Assembly: GCA_963813535.1 (NCBI GenBank)
Contig: CAWEZH010000002.1
Span: forward strand, 1,824,001 to 1,888,000
Reading direction: 5' to 3'
Origin: an uncultured Chloroflexia bacterium
Lineage (GTDB): Bacteria; Chloroflexota; Limnocylindria; Limnocylindrales; CSP1-4
DNA: 64,000 nt
The translations under genes were made by a program, and so were the position numbers. The notes beneath the pieces were generated by a model. The model did not search any database. It saw only the letters and a program-made list of their open reading frames with translations, and had not been told where the DNA came from. Positions within the stretch are counted from its first letter, which is position 1, and each line of letters opens with the position of its first letter. Of the stretch, positions 30,102-39,398 are shown one piece after another.

Positions 30102-30860
30102 TCATCGCGTTCCGATCGGATCGACGAGCTCGATGCGGATGCGCTTGTTGATGCGGCCCTTCGACTCGTAGCCCGTCACTCGGATGCCACCGACCTCTCG
30201 GGTGTTCGCCACGTGGGTCCCGCCGTCCGCCTGCAGGTCGAGGCCGACGATCTCGATCGTCCGGATCTCCTCGATGCCCTCGGGCAGCAGGTTGATCTTC
30301 GTGCGGATCAGGTCCGGGATGGCGAACGCCTGCGCGCGGGGCAGCACGTTGACCCGGACGTCGCGCTCGGCAGCGAGCTCGAGGTTGACCGCCGCTTCGA
30401 TCGAATCGACGAGGTCGCCGGACATCGACTCGAACTCGAAGTCCATCCGACCGGAGCCCGGCTCCATGTTGCCGCCGGTCACCTGGGCACCGTGGTCGCG
30501 CCACACGACGCCGCACAGCGCATGTAGCGCCGTGTGGGTCCGCATCAACGCAAAGCGGCGGGCCCAGTCGAGATCGATGTCGACCGCGTCACCGATCGCC
30601 GGCGGGTCCTCGTCGCCGGGCTCGAGTTCATGGACGATCTCCGTGCCGGCCTTCCTGGCGGCGCGGACGGTCCAGCGGCGGCCGTCGGCGGTTCGCAGGA
30701 TCAGGCCGCGATCGGACGGCTGGCCGCCACCGCCCGGGTAGAACACCGTCCGATCGAGCACGATCAGCGGTGCGTCGCCGACCTCCACGTGTCGCACGGT
30801 GGCACCGACCGACCGCGCATAGGCATCGGTGTAGCAGATCTGCTCACCGGGGGGCGTCAC
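30102..30860 (-). CDS. alaX: Alanyl-tRNA editing protein (AlaX)
   Basis: LDRTVFYPGGGGQPSD, MRTHTALH (HxxxH), QADGGTHV; GTGA overlap with the upstream gene. Confidence 0.9.
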   Translation of the reverse strand: MTPPGEQICYTDAYARSVGATVRHVEVGDAPLIVLDRTVFYPGGGGQPSDRGLILRTADGRRWTVRAARKAGTEIVHELEPGDEDPPAIGDAVDIDLDWARRFALMRTHTALHALCGVVWRDHGAQVTGGNMEPGSGRMDFEFESMSGDLVDSIEAAVNLELAAERDVRVNVLPRAQAFAIPDLIRTKINLLPEGIEEIRTIEIVGLDLQADGGTHVANTREVGGIRVTGYESKGRINKRIRIELVDPIGTR

Positions 30861-31369
30861 TCGGCGGTGAGCGTCCCGGTCATGTTCGGATGGACCGTAC
30901 ACACGAACGCGTAGTCGCCGACCGCGAGGGCCGGGGCGTCGTAGGTGCGCTCGTCGACACCCGGGAAGATCTCGCCTTCGAAGATGGACGTCCCGGCCGC
31001 GTCCTTGATCGCGACGTTATGCGGGATCGACGGGTCGTTGTTGACGAAGTGGATCTGGAATGGGGTGTCAGCAGGCACCGCCTCCTGGGTCGTGTTGAAC
31101 GCGATGCCCTCGGCCTCGATCTCCAGGACCTCGCCCGAGCCGGCGGAGGCCGATGCGCTCGACGAGGGCGAGGCGGAGGCTGATGGGGCAGCCGACTCGG
31201 ACGGCGACGCCGAGCCGCTCGGGGCAGCGGAACCGCTCGCGGCGGCCGATCCGCTCGGGAGCGGCGTCGCGGAGGGAGCCGGGGCGTAGGTCCAGCCCGG
31301 CTTCGCCGACGTGCACGCGACGAGCACGAGCAGCAGGGCGAGTCCGAACAGGGGACGCAGGGTTCGCAT
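30857..31369 (-). CDS. Cupredoxin-domain lipoprotein with Ser/Ala linker
   Basis: Lipobox LVAC; type-1 copper ligands PHNV...CTVHPNM. Confidence 0.88.
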   Translation of the reverse strand: MRTLRPLFGLALLLVLVACTSAKPGWTYAPAPSATPLPSGSAAASGSAAPSGSASPSESAAPSASASPSSSASASAGSGEVLEIEAEGIAFNTTQEAVPADTPFQIHFVNNDPSIPHNVAIKDAAGTSIFEGEIFPGVDERTYDAPALAVGDYAFVCTVHPNMTGTLTAE

Positions 31370-31445
31370 TGGGTTCGGGAGGCCTCATCGGAAGGGGTCC
31401 GTTTGTCGCAACGATGCTACCGCGTCGGCGACCGTCCGGTCCCAC

Positions 31446-31477
31446 CAGTACCAGTGACCCAGTACCTGACTAGTACC
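31446..31477. promoter_or_regulatory. Three AGTACC repeats, candidate regulator-binding sites
   Basis: CAGTACC (31446), CAGTACC (31460), TAGTACC (31471) in the divergent intergenic region. Confidence 0.45.
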
Positions 31478-31577
31478 ATCGTCCGGATTGTCCCCTGACC
31501 ATATGGCGACTAGCCTCCAGTTTCCCCGGATGGATGCGAACGACGCACCCAGGGGAGACCGGAGAGCGCATATCCTC

Positions 31578-31676
31578 ATGTTCCGTTCCGTTGTCGATCG
31601 AGCCTGGCACCTCGCGGTGACCGTCGGCCCGATCGTCGTCATCGCTCTCGCGCTCGTGGCCGCTCGCCGCTGGTGA
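31578..31676 (+). CDS. Small hydrophobic peptide (32 aa) MFRSVVDRAWHLAVTVGPIVVIALALVAARRW
   Basis: ATG with upstream GGAGAG, one hydrophobic helix, downstream + strand terminator; no other + strand gene in the interval. Confidence 0.65.
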   Translation: MFRSVVDRAWHLAVTVGPIVVIALALVAARRW

Positions 31677-31773
31677 TACCGGCGGCCAAGGGGCCGTGCG
31701 AGCGGTCGCGGTATCGCGACCACTGACTCGCTATTCGCTCGCCGGACATTGCTGGCCGGCGATCGTCCTCATT

Positions 31774-31810
31774 CGAGACCCGGGGACCTCCCCCCGGGTC
31801 TCGCTTTTTT
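31774..31810 (+). terminator. Rho-independent terminator for the peptide transcript
   Basis: CGAGACCCGGGG-acctcc-CCCCGGGTCTCG (12-bp perfect stem) followed by C and six T. Confidence 0.9.
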
Positions 31811-31830
31811 GTGCGTCGCGTCCGGTCGGT

Positions 31831-34800
31831 TCAGACCCTGTCTGTCAGCCCGAGGCGGATCGCAACGGTGGCGGCTTCGACCCGACCCGACACGCCGAGC
31901 TTGGCCAGGATGTTGCCGACGTGGACGCCCACCGTCTTCTGGCTGATGAACAGCCGCTCCCCGATCTCCCGGTTCGTCCGACCTCGAGCGATCTGGACGA
32001 GGACTTCCCGCTCGCGGCCACTGAGGCCGAACGTATCGCGACGCGGGTTGGCCTCGGCCGCTCCGGTGAGCCGCAGCGCGTCGACCAGGTCCGATCGATC
32101 GCCGTCGGCGTTCGGACCGTTCGCCGATGCACCCGCCGCGATGGCCGTGGACGACGGCATGACACCGACGAGGTCGCGTGGGCGGTCGTCAGGACCAGCG
32201 AGGCGCTCGTCGACCTCCGGGGGCAGCGTGATCAGGGCGCGACCGGCGAGCTCGCGAAGGTCGCGCAGGAGGGGCAGCGCGCCGAGCGTCAACGCGATGC
32301 CGACCGCCTCGAGGAGCGGCACGCGCGCGTCGGCGCGCGCGGCACGTCCGGCACCGGATCCCAGCATCGCCTCGGCTTGGCGCCAGCGGGCTCGCGCCGT
32401 CTCGTACGGGATATGGAGCGATACCCATGCGTCACCGACGGTGGTCCACACGGCGGGATCGTCGCGGCCGTCCACTCGGCGTCGATGCGCCTTCGCGGTC
32501 GCCAGCCAGGCGTCGGCGAGTCGCCTCGACCCGAGCGTCCGGTCCACGCCGTGCTTCTTCACGATCGCCTCGGCGGCACGGATCACGTCGCGGGCGCGCT
32601 CACGGGCCGCCGCCAGCCCCGCCAGGTCGCGGTGCTCGCGCGCCTCGGCAGCGCCGGCGGCCTCCACCTCGATGGCCGCGGCGGCGGTCCGGGCGGCAAG
32701 GATCCAATCCTCGGTCTCGCGGACGAGGGCCCAGCCACGATCGATGGCGCGCCGCGCGTCGGCGAGGTCGCCCCGCCACAGCGCGAACGACGCTGACGCG
32801 AGGTGGAGCGGCACGGCCTGTTGGGCGTCGCGGACGGCCTCGAGCTCCAGCAGCGTCTGACCCAGTAGCCGCCCTGCTGCCTCTCCCGCGGACAGTTCGA
32901 TCTCGACCGTGGCCAGCGACACCAGCGCGTTCAGGAAGTTGATGCCGGTCGGAAGCCACTCGAGGGCGGTCATGCTCATCGCCCGTGCCTCCTCCCAGCG
33001 ACCGAGCAGGAAGAGTGAATCGGCGGCGTTGCCGCGCAGGATGTTCCCGTAGACCGCCTCGAGCCCGGCGTCCTTTGCGGCAGCGATGCCGGCGGACGCG
33101 ACGTCGACTGCTTCCTCATGCCGCCCCGCGAGCTCGAGCACCGTCGTGAGGTTGGCATGGACGCGGAAGAGCTCATCAAGGTCGCCGAGTTCCTCGGCCA
33201 TCGCACGCGCGTCGGTCAGGATCGCCAGCGCGGCCTCGGGGTCCGCCCGCCAACCGAGGGACACGCCGAGCGTCGTCGTCGCGTGGAGCTCCCACCGGCG
33301 GGCCGGCGGATCGCACGCCTGCGCGACGCGGATCGCGTCACGGGCGAGCCGCTCGGCCTGCGAGAACGTGCCTTCGAGCATCAGCATCTGGGCCAGACCC
33401 GCGACAACGGCTGCCCTCGCCGGCGACGGCGTCGTCGGCACGAGGTCGACCGCGCGACGGCGGGCGGCGAGCGACCCCTCCGCATCGCCGGCGACCCGTC
33501 GGAACTGGGCGAGCCGGTCGTGGAGCAGCCCGAGCCGGACGCGATCCCGGCGGCCGTCCGTCGCCGCGATCGCAGCGTCGAGGTATGCCGCGGCACGTAC
33601 CGGTCGCCCCGCGGCGAAGGCGGCTTCTGCGGCCCTGGCGTTGAGCTCGTTCGGTGGCAGGACGGGCGGATCGCTTCGTCGTCGGCCGCCGCGCCGCGAC
33701 GTGACGCCGGTCGCGCTGCCCGCGGCGATGGCGAGCTCCAGGGCCCGCAGCTCATCGAGCGGCGCGTCGACGGCACCCGCCGAATCCGCTGCGGCGATCG
33801 CCGCCTGGCGCACCGCGACCGGGTCGAGCGACGCTGAGAAGTGATGCATGGCCACGAAGGGCCGTTCGATGAGCGCTCGGGCGACCGCCGCGTGATGACG
33901 GATCCGCATCGACGGCAGCAAGTCGGCCTCGATCGCCTGGCCGACGAGCTCGTGCCGCAGAGCGAGCCCGTCGTCGTCGTCGCGGATGAAGCCGTACTCG
34001 ATACCTTCCTCGAGGCCGCGCGCCAGGTCGGCATCGAGGGGACCGTCGCCGCGGCGTGGCGCGTTCGAGGAGCGCGGCGGGCCACCCGTGAGCTCGGCTT
34101 CGAACTCCTCGGCGATCGTCGCCAGATCGGCACGGTCGAGCGGTCGGCCGGCCGGGGCGAGCAGACGCAGCGCGCGGCGGGCCTCAGGCGAGCGCGCTGC
34201 GATCCGGGCAAGGACCAGGTCCTGGAACGATGACGTGAGGGAGACCGCCGGGAGCTCGCGCCTGGCGGCCAGCAGCTCCTCGGCCACGAGAGGCCGGCCA
34301 CCGGACCGTTCGGCGACGACCACCAGCACGCTCGCCGACGGTCGCTCCTCCTCGATCGACTCGATGAGCCGGGCAAGTTCGTCACGGCTCAGGGGCGGCA
34401 GGGTGAGCAGCGACGGCGGCCGCGGCGCCAAGGCGAGTCCGGCGAGGTCGACGGCCCACGGATCCTCTCGCCGGAGCGCGTCGGCCTGATAGGTGCCGAC
34501 GATGGCCAGGCGGTTGGAACGGGCGATCCGGGCAAGGAACGTGACGAATGCCCGGGTGCCGGCGTCCGCCCGATGGAGATCCTCGACGATCAGCAGGACC
34601 GGGCGTTGCTCCCCGAGGCGGCCGAGCACCCCGAGGACGCCCTCGAGAAGTCGCGGCTGGCGCCGCTCGGGCACGACGGTGAGGACGCGCCGACCGGCAC
34701 CCTGCCCATCGACGCGTTCCGCGAGCTCCGGCAGCAGGCGCACGAGCTCGTCGGTCGCCGTGCCGAGGACGTACGCGAGGTCCTCGTCGGACAGGGCGGC

Positions 34801-35070
34801 GAGGGTCGGTCGCAATGCCCGGATGATCGGGTGGTACGGGGCGTCGGTCGCGGGACCGTAGGCGGCACCACGCATCACCGCCATCGGCTCCTGGAGACCG
34901 GAGACGCGGCGCAGGGCCTCGTCGATGAACCGGCTCGTGCCGACACCGGCAGTCCCGTCGATCAGCAGCGTCCCTGAGTCGCCGGCTGCGGCCGATCGGA
35001 TGACGGTCGCGAGTCTCGCGAACGCGTCCTCTCGCCCCACGAACCGCGCGCTCGTGTACCTGGCGGGCAT
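31831..35070 (-). CDS. Large ATPase-TPR-LuxR HTH transcriptional regulator (LAL/STAND-like)
   Basis: FVGRE, degenerate Walker A GTAGVGTS, Walker B LLIVEDLH, helical repeats, C-terminal 'LSGREREVL...TNREIGERLFISQKTV.VHV.NILAKL'. Confidence 0.92.
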   Translation of the reverse strand: MPARYTSARFVGREDAFARLATVIRSAAAGDSGTLLIDGTAGVGTSRFIDEALRRVSGLQEPMAVMRGAAYGPATDAPYHPIIRALRPTLAALSDEDLAYVLGTATDELVRLLPELAERVDGQGAGRRVLTVVPERRQPRLLEGVLGVLGRLGEQRPVLLIVEDLHRADAGTRAFVTFLARIARSNRLAIVGTYQADALRREDPWAVDLAGLALAPRPPSLLTLPPLSRDELARLIESIEEERPSASVLVVVAERSGGRPLVAEELLAARRELPAVSLTSSFQDLVLARIAARSPEARRALRLLAPAGRPLDRADLATIAEEFEAELTGGPPRSSNAPRRGDGPLDADLARGLEEGIEYGFIRDDDDGLALRHELVGQAIEADLLPSMRIRHHAAVARALIERPFVAMHHFSASLDPVAVRQAAIAAADSAGAVDAPLDELRALELAIAAGSATGVTSRRGGRRRSDPPVLPPNELNARAAEAAFAAGRPVRAAAYLDAAIAATDGRRDRVRLGLLHDRLAQFRRVAGDAEGSLAARRRAVDLVPTTPSPARAAVVAGLAQMLMLEGTFSQAERLARDAIRVAQACDPPARRWELHATTTLGVSLGWRADPEAALAILTDARAMAEELGDLDELFRVHANLTTVLELAGRHEEAVDVASAGIAAAKDAGLEAVYGNILRGNAADSLFLLGRWEEARAMSMTALEWLPTGINFLNALVSLATVEIELSAGEAAGRLLGQTLLELEAVRDAQQAVPLHLASASFALWRGDLADARRAIDRGWALVRETEDWILAARTAAAAIEVEAAGAAEAREHRDLAGLAAARERARDVIRAAEAIVKKHGVDRTLGSRRLADAWLATAKAHRRRVDGRDDPAVWTTVGDAWVSLHIPYETARARWRQAEAMLGSGAGRAARADARVPLLEAVGIALTLGALPLLRDLRELAGRALITLPPEVDERLAGPDDRPRDLVGVMPSSTAIAAGASANGPNADGDRSDLVDALRLTGAAEANPRRDTFGLSGREREVLVQIARGRTNREIGERLFISQKTVGVHVGNILAKLGVSGRVEAATVAIRLGLTDRV

Positions 35071-35278
35071 CGGAAGCATCCTACACGGCGGACACCGCCG
35101 TTCATCCACCCTGGACCGAACCACGATCCTCCTGGAGCTCGGCCTGATGGTGCTGCTCGTGCTGCACCTGATGCCGAAGGATCGATCACGCTCGGCCGCT
35201 GACCGGACAGGACGTCCACGGCGCCGCGGTCTCGTTCCGGTAGCCGACCCCGCCCATCCGACCCGCTACGCTGCGGGC

Positions 35279-36226
35279 GTGACCGACCCGCGACCCGCAC
35301 CCCACCCGGACAACACGCTCAACGAGCTGTCGGGCGAGGAGTGGCTCTACTTCACCAAGTCGGTCCTCACGACGGCCTACCCGTCGGAGCTTGGCCACGC
35401 GGCTCGCAAGGCACATGGCGCGAACAAGCCACCGCGGCTCATGGCTCGGCTCATCGAGTTCTTCACCCGGACCGGCGAGCTGGTCCTCGACCCGTTCGCA
35501 GGGGTGGGTGGAACGCTGCTCGGTGCGGCCGTCGCGCGCGGTCCTCGGCGGGCGCTCGGGATCGAGCTCGATCCACGCTGGGTGGCCGTCTATCACGAGG
35601 TCCTCGCTGGTCTCGCCGCGGAGCGCGAAGGTCTGGGCCCGGCGATCGCCGAGCTCGGGACCGCCGACCCGGGCCCCGTCCGGGGGTTCGACCCCTCCGG
35701 GCTCGAGATGCGAACAGGCGACGCCCTCGAGCTGCTCCCGACCCTCGAGGACGAAACGATCGACCTGGTCGCGACCGATCCGCCCTACAACATCCAGTTG
35801 CCGCTGACGATGGCCGGCGGGGAACTCGCCAAGACGCACGCGAACCGCCGCACCGACTACGCGATGATCAGCGACGCGCCGGCCGATCTGGCCAACGCCC
35901 CGGACTATCCGAGCTTCCTCGACGCGATGGGTGCGGTGTTCGGCGAGCTCACCCGCGTCCTCAAGCGCGGTCGCTACGCCATCGTCATCGTCCGCGATGC
36001 GTACCAGGGCGGGCGCTACCAGTTCGTGGGGGCGGACCTCGCCGGCCGCGCGGAGGCAGCAGGTCTCGTGCCGAAGGGCGACCTCATCTGGCACCAGGCC
36101 GGCACCCGGCTACGACCGTACGGCTATCCGCGGGTCTTCGTGCCGAACATCACGCACCAGCACATCCTGGTCCTGCGGCGAGAGCCGCCCCGGCCGCCTC
36201 AGGCGCGGCGGCGGCTCTCGAGGTAG
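35279..36226 (+). CDS. Orphan amino-(N6A/N4C)-methyltransferase with permuted motif order
   Basis: [22 protein letters not shown] (motif I) precedes TDPPY (motif IV); TACGCT -10 box 6 nt before GTG. Confidence 0.85.
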   Translation: MTDPRPAPHPDNTLNELSGEEWLYFTKSVLTTAYPSELGHAARKAHGANKPPRLMARLIEFFTRTGELVLDPFAGVGGTLLGAAVARGPRRALGIELDPRWVAVYHEVLAGLAAEREGLGPAIAELGTADPGPVRGFDPSGLEMRTGDALELLPTLEDETIDLVATDPPYNIQLPLTMAGGELAKTHANRRTDYAMISDAPADLANAPDYPSFLDAMGAVFGELTRVLKRGRYAIVIVRDAYQGGRYQFVGADLAGRAEAAGLVPKGDLIWHQAGTRLRPYGYPRVFVPNITHQHILVLRREPPRPPQARRRLSR

Positions 36227-37842
36227 GCGGAGAGCACGTCGCCGTCGACGTCATCGCCCATCGTCCAGGTATCGGCAGCGATCGGCATCGTGGCCGTCGG
36301 GGTGCTCTGGACCGGCGGATCTCCGATGGTGTCGCCCAACGTCATCTTGTGGATCCAGCCCTGACGACCGTCGGGGCACAGCACCAGCCAGTAGACGCCC
36401 CGCTTCTCCAGCAGCTGCACCTCGTCGCCCTGGTCGAGGAAGGCCACTTCGGTGCCCCGCAGCTCATCCGGGATGTCGAGTAGACGGACCAGGTTGTAGC
36501 GGATCAGCCGACGCTCATGCCCATCGATCGGTCCGACGAGACCGTGGTCGAACGTCAACCGCGGGATCTCGACGGCGTCGCGGATGGGGTCGGCCTTGCG
36601 CGCCACCATCAACGACGGCCGCCGCCAGCGCGGCATGTCGAGCTCCGCGTCGCGCGGGTTCGGGATGTCGACGACAGGAACGGCTGGATGCTCCCGCTCC
36701 ACGGTCGCGGCAGCCGGGGCAGGCTCGCGCGCTACGACATCGACATACCGGGCCGTCGCACCGACGGCCAAGGGTGTCGCGGCCGCATGGGCGAGGACCG
36801 CATCCGGTGCCGGCTGTTCGTCGTCGCGCCGACGTCTCCCGAAGACACTGAAGGCGAGCGTGGCGCCGACCACGCCCGACGTCGTCACCAGCGTGGCGAC
36901 GAGCCCGAGCGGGATCGTCGGACGACCCCCGGTCAGCAGGTCGAACCCGGCGACCAGGGCCGCGAGCGGTAGGTCGCCACCCGAGCCCGACGATGAGCCA
37001 CCCGGACCACCCCGTGGCGCGGCGGCGCCCCCGGTCGATCCAGCGCCGCCCATCGATCCGGAGCCGTCGCTCGGCCGGGGGACGACGGCCACCGCGTCAT
37101 CGCTCGGTGCGGGGCTTCCGGTCGATCCGGGTGCCGCAACACCGACGCGCGCGCTGGCGCTGGGTGATGCCACGACCGCCGGCGCCTTGGTCGGCGCAGG
37201 AGTCGCCGCGCGCGCGGGACGTTTCGACGGTCTGGGCGTCGGCCGGGGCGTCGATCGCGGGGTCGGCCGCGCCGTGGCCCGCGCCGTCGGCTTCGGCGTG
37301 GGCTTGGGCGTCGCCCTAGGGGTCGGTCGGGGCGTCGGCGCCGGGGTCGGCTTCGGTGTCGGCTTCGGGGTGGCCGTCGGCGCCGGGGTCGGCGTGGGCG
37401 ACGGCGTGGGAGCGGCCGTGATCTTGACGGTGCCGACATAGTCCTCGTCCCCGTTGCCGGCGACACTCCTCGTGCTGAGGTCGACTCGGTGGGTTCCCGG
37501 AGGCAGGGTGCCCGACCAGCTGAAGGTGACGCCGTGTTTCCAGTCGGAACCGGCCGTCTTCGTCATCGTCCGGGCCGCGCCACCCACGTCCACCCGCACC
37601 CATTGCGGGGGCGAGCCGTCGTCATCCCGGTAGCGGATCGAGATCTCGATCGTCGTCGCGGTCGTGCCGGAGCGCGGGCTGACCTTGGCATTGGACAAGT
37701 GTGTCGTCTCGTCCGCCCAGACCGGGGCGACGACCGAAAGCGCCAGCGCGATCGCCGCGATGGGAGCGACGATCCGTGGACCTCGTCCGCCGGCGATGCG
37801 TGGTCTCGATCCGGGCAGGGGGAAACGTGCGACGGGATGCAT
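36199..37842 (-). CDS. Secreted/membrane-anchored Pro-Thr-rich protein with C-terminal SH3-like domain
   Basis: Signal peptide ending APVWA, Ig-like region, PTP(K/R) repeats, TM followed by RRRR, '[11 protein letters not shown]....[12 protein letters not shown]'; start uncertain. Confidence 0.7.
   Translation of the reverse strand: MHPVARFPLPGSRPRIAGGRGPRIVAPIAAIALALSVVAPVWADETTHLSNAKVSPRSGTTATTIEISIRYRDDDGSPPQWVRVDVGGAARTMTKTAGSDWKHGVTFSWSGTLPPGTHRVDLSTRSVAGNGDEDYVGTVKITAAPTPSPTPTPAPTATPKPTPKPTPAPTPRPTPRATPKPTPKPTARATARPTPRSTPRPTPRPSKRPARAATPAPTKAPAVVASPSASARVGVAAPGSTGSPAPSDDAVAVVPRPSDGSGSMGGAGSTGGAAAPRGGPGGSSSGSGGDLPLAALVAGFDLLTGGRPTIPLGLVATLVTTSGVVGATLAFSVFGRRRRDDEQPAPDAVLAHAAATPLAVGATARYVDVVAREPAPAAATVEREHPAVPVVDIPNPRDAELDMPRWRRPSLMVARKADPIRDAVEIPRLTFDHGLVGPIDGHERRLIRYNLVRLLDIPDELRGTEVAFLDQGDEVQLLEKRGVYWLVLCPDGRQGWIHKMTLGDTIGDPPVQSTPTATMPIAADTWTMGDDVDGDVLSAYLESRRRA
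37225..37415 (-). repeat. Degenerate 12-bp tandem repeat encoding a PTPx linker
   Basis: Recurring CCGAC(G/C)CC(G/C) units; translation [22 protein letters not shown]... Confidence 0.7.
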
Positions 37843-38059
37843 CTGGGCGCGAGGATGCGGACGGTGCAGGGGGCCAGCAATGGTACGGGGGTCCGGTGGC
37901 TGGACGGCCGACCGGCCACGGGCGTTGCGGCAGGGCAACGAGTCGCGTCCGACAGGGCGGTTCAGGTGCGGTCCGGTAGGGCTCGTGGTCCCACCGGTCC
38001 GGGGTCGTTACCCCGCTTCGCCCATCGACGTCGTGGTGCATGCCGTCGAGGATGGGGGC

Positions 38060-38809
38060 ATGGAGGTCATCCAGCCGTCCCGACCAGTCCGTCGCCCGTC
38101 CCTCGTGCCGCTCCTCGGCGGCACGGTCCTTGGCACATTCCTCGTCGTCGGGGGCATCGTCCTCGCCTACGTCGCGCTTGCGACACCGGTCCTGCAGGCC
38201 GTCATGCCGGACGGCCGGCCGAGCATCGGCAAATCCGCCACGGCTGTCATCGTCTGGGCCATCGCCCTCGTCGCTCCGGCGGGCTTCCTCCTCATCGGCG
38301 CGAACCGGCTGGCGCGGATCCTGGCCTCGGTACGGGGCCGCATCCCGCGCCGATCGACCACGCTGCGGGCACTCGCCGACCGCTCCGACCTGGTCGTGGC
38401 GAGCGGCATCGCGCTACCGGATGGTCGCGGCGTGCCGGATCTCGTCATCGGCCAGTTCGGCGCCGCGGTCATCCGCGAGCTTCCGCCCGCCGAGGTGACA
38501 CGTGTCCGCGAAGGGCGCTGGGAACTGCGACTGCGGCGGGGCTGGGTCACGATCGAGAACCCGCTCGACCGCGCCGCCCGGGACGCCGAACGTGTCCGCC
38601 GCTGGCTCGCGCATGACGACGCCGATTTCATCGTCAAGGTCTATGCGGCCGTCGTCGGTCCATCGCCGAGTGTCCAGCGAGCGACCGATTGCGCCGTCCT
38701 CACGCCCGATCAGATCGGGCCCTGGATCGACGGACTGCCGCCGCAGCGCAGCCTGACCGATGGCCGCCGGGATCGACTCGTGGAGTTCGTGCGAGCAGCC
38801 ACGGCCTGA
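38060..38809 (+). CDS. Membrane protein with a degenerate NERD-like domain
   Basis: Two TM helices, then 'VPDLVIGQFGAAVIRE...ENPLDRA', resembling the NERD pattern. Confidence 0.6.
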   Translation: MEVIQPSRPVRRPSLVPLLGGTVLGTFLVVGGIVLAYVALATPVLQAVMPDGRPSIGKSATAVIVWAIALVAPAGFLLIGANRLARILASVRGRIPRRSTTLRALADRSDLVVASGIALPDGRGVPDLVIGQFGAAVIRELPPAEVTRVREGRWELRLRRGWVTIENPLDRAARDAERVRRWLAHDDADFIVKVYAAVVGPSPSVQRATDCAVLTPDQIGPWIDGLPPQRSLTDGRRDRLVEFVRAATA

Positions 38810-38826
38810 TCGCCGGACCACGGGGT

Positions 38827-38902
38827 TGGTAGGGGAGCCAGGACTCGAACCTGGAACCAGCGGGATATAAGCCCACCGCTCTGACCATTGAGCTACTCCC
38901 CC
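38827..38902 (-). tRNA. tRNA-Ile, anticodon UAU
   Basis: Minus strand GGGGGAG TA GCTC AATGGTCA GAGC G GTGGG CT TAT AT CCCGC TGGTT CCAGG TTCGAGT CCTGG CTCCCCT A CCA; 76 nt, discriminator A, encoded CCA. Confidence 0.93.
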
Positions 38903-38946
38903 GCCGGGGATGCTACACCCGCCGCCCACACGGGCGGTCGCGCCGG

Positions 38947-39249
38947 TCAGTCGCCGATCAGGCGTCCGGCTATCGAGCGCAAGCGCAAGCGACGCCCGAC
39001 CAGGCGATGCCGACCGCCCGACGTCATCTCAGGGTGGGTATCGACGGCGGTCATCCCGCCGGGAGACCAGGCGCGCACGGGCAGCGTGGCGGCGAAGGCC
39101 CGGTCCTCCTCGGACTGGAACGCTTCGATCGGCAGGTCGTCAGGGTCGAACGGCCGCGGGGTCACGGCTTCCACCGCCGCCGGTGGGCGTGCGTACGCCG
39201 GTGCTCCGTACAGCTTGGGGAGCGCGACGTGCTGCTCGTCGATGGACAC
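38947..39249 (-). CDS. Small hypothetical protein
   Basis: GTG start; 'SIDEQHVALPKLYGAPAYARPP...FDPDDLPIE' has protein-like composition. Confidence 0.6.
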   Translation of the reverse strand: MSIDEQHVALPKLYGAPAYARPPAAVEAVTPRPFDPDDLPIEAFQSEEDRAFAATLPVRAWSPGGMTAVDTHPEMTSGGRHRLVGRRLRLRSIAGRLIGD

Positions 39250-39398
39250 GCGAAACCCCCAGCGAAAGGACGACCGCTCCCGGACCTGCCGGGGGCTCCG
39301 TCGGATGATGACGTGGTCCGCAGGGTAGCCGGAATGGTACGGAAGGGCTAGACGGCAGACGCCTGGCCCGCCGGATCGCGGTGCACGGAGGCACGACA

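Noticed and set aside
35279-38809. Restriction-modification system (MTase plus NERD-like protein)
   Set aside because: The genes are separated by an opposite-strand gene, and the NERD-like protein is membrane-anchored and lacks clear catalytic residues.
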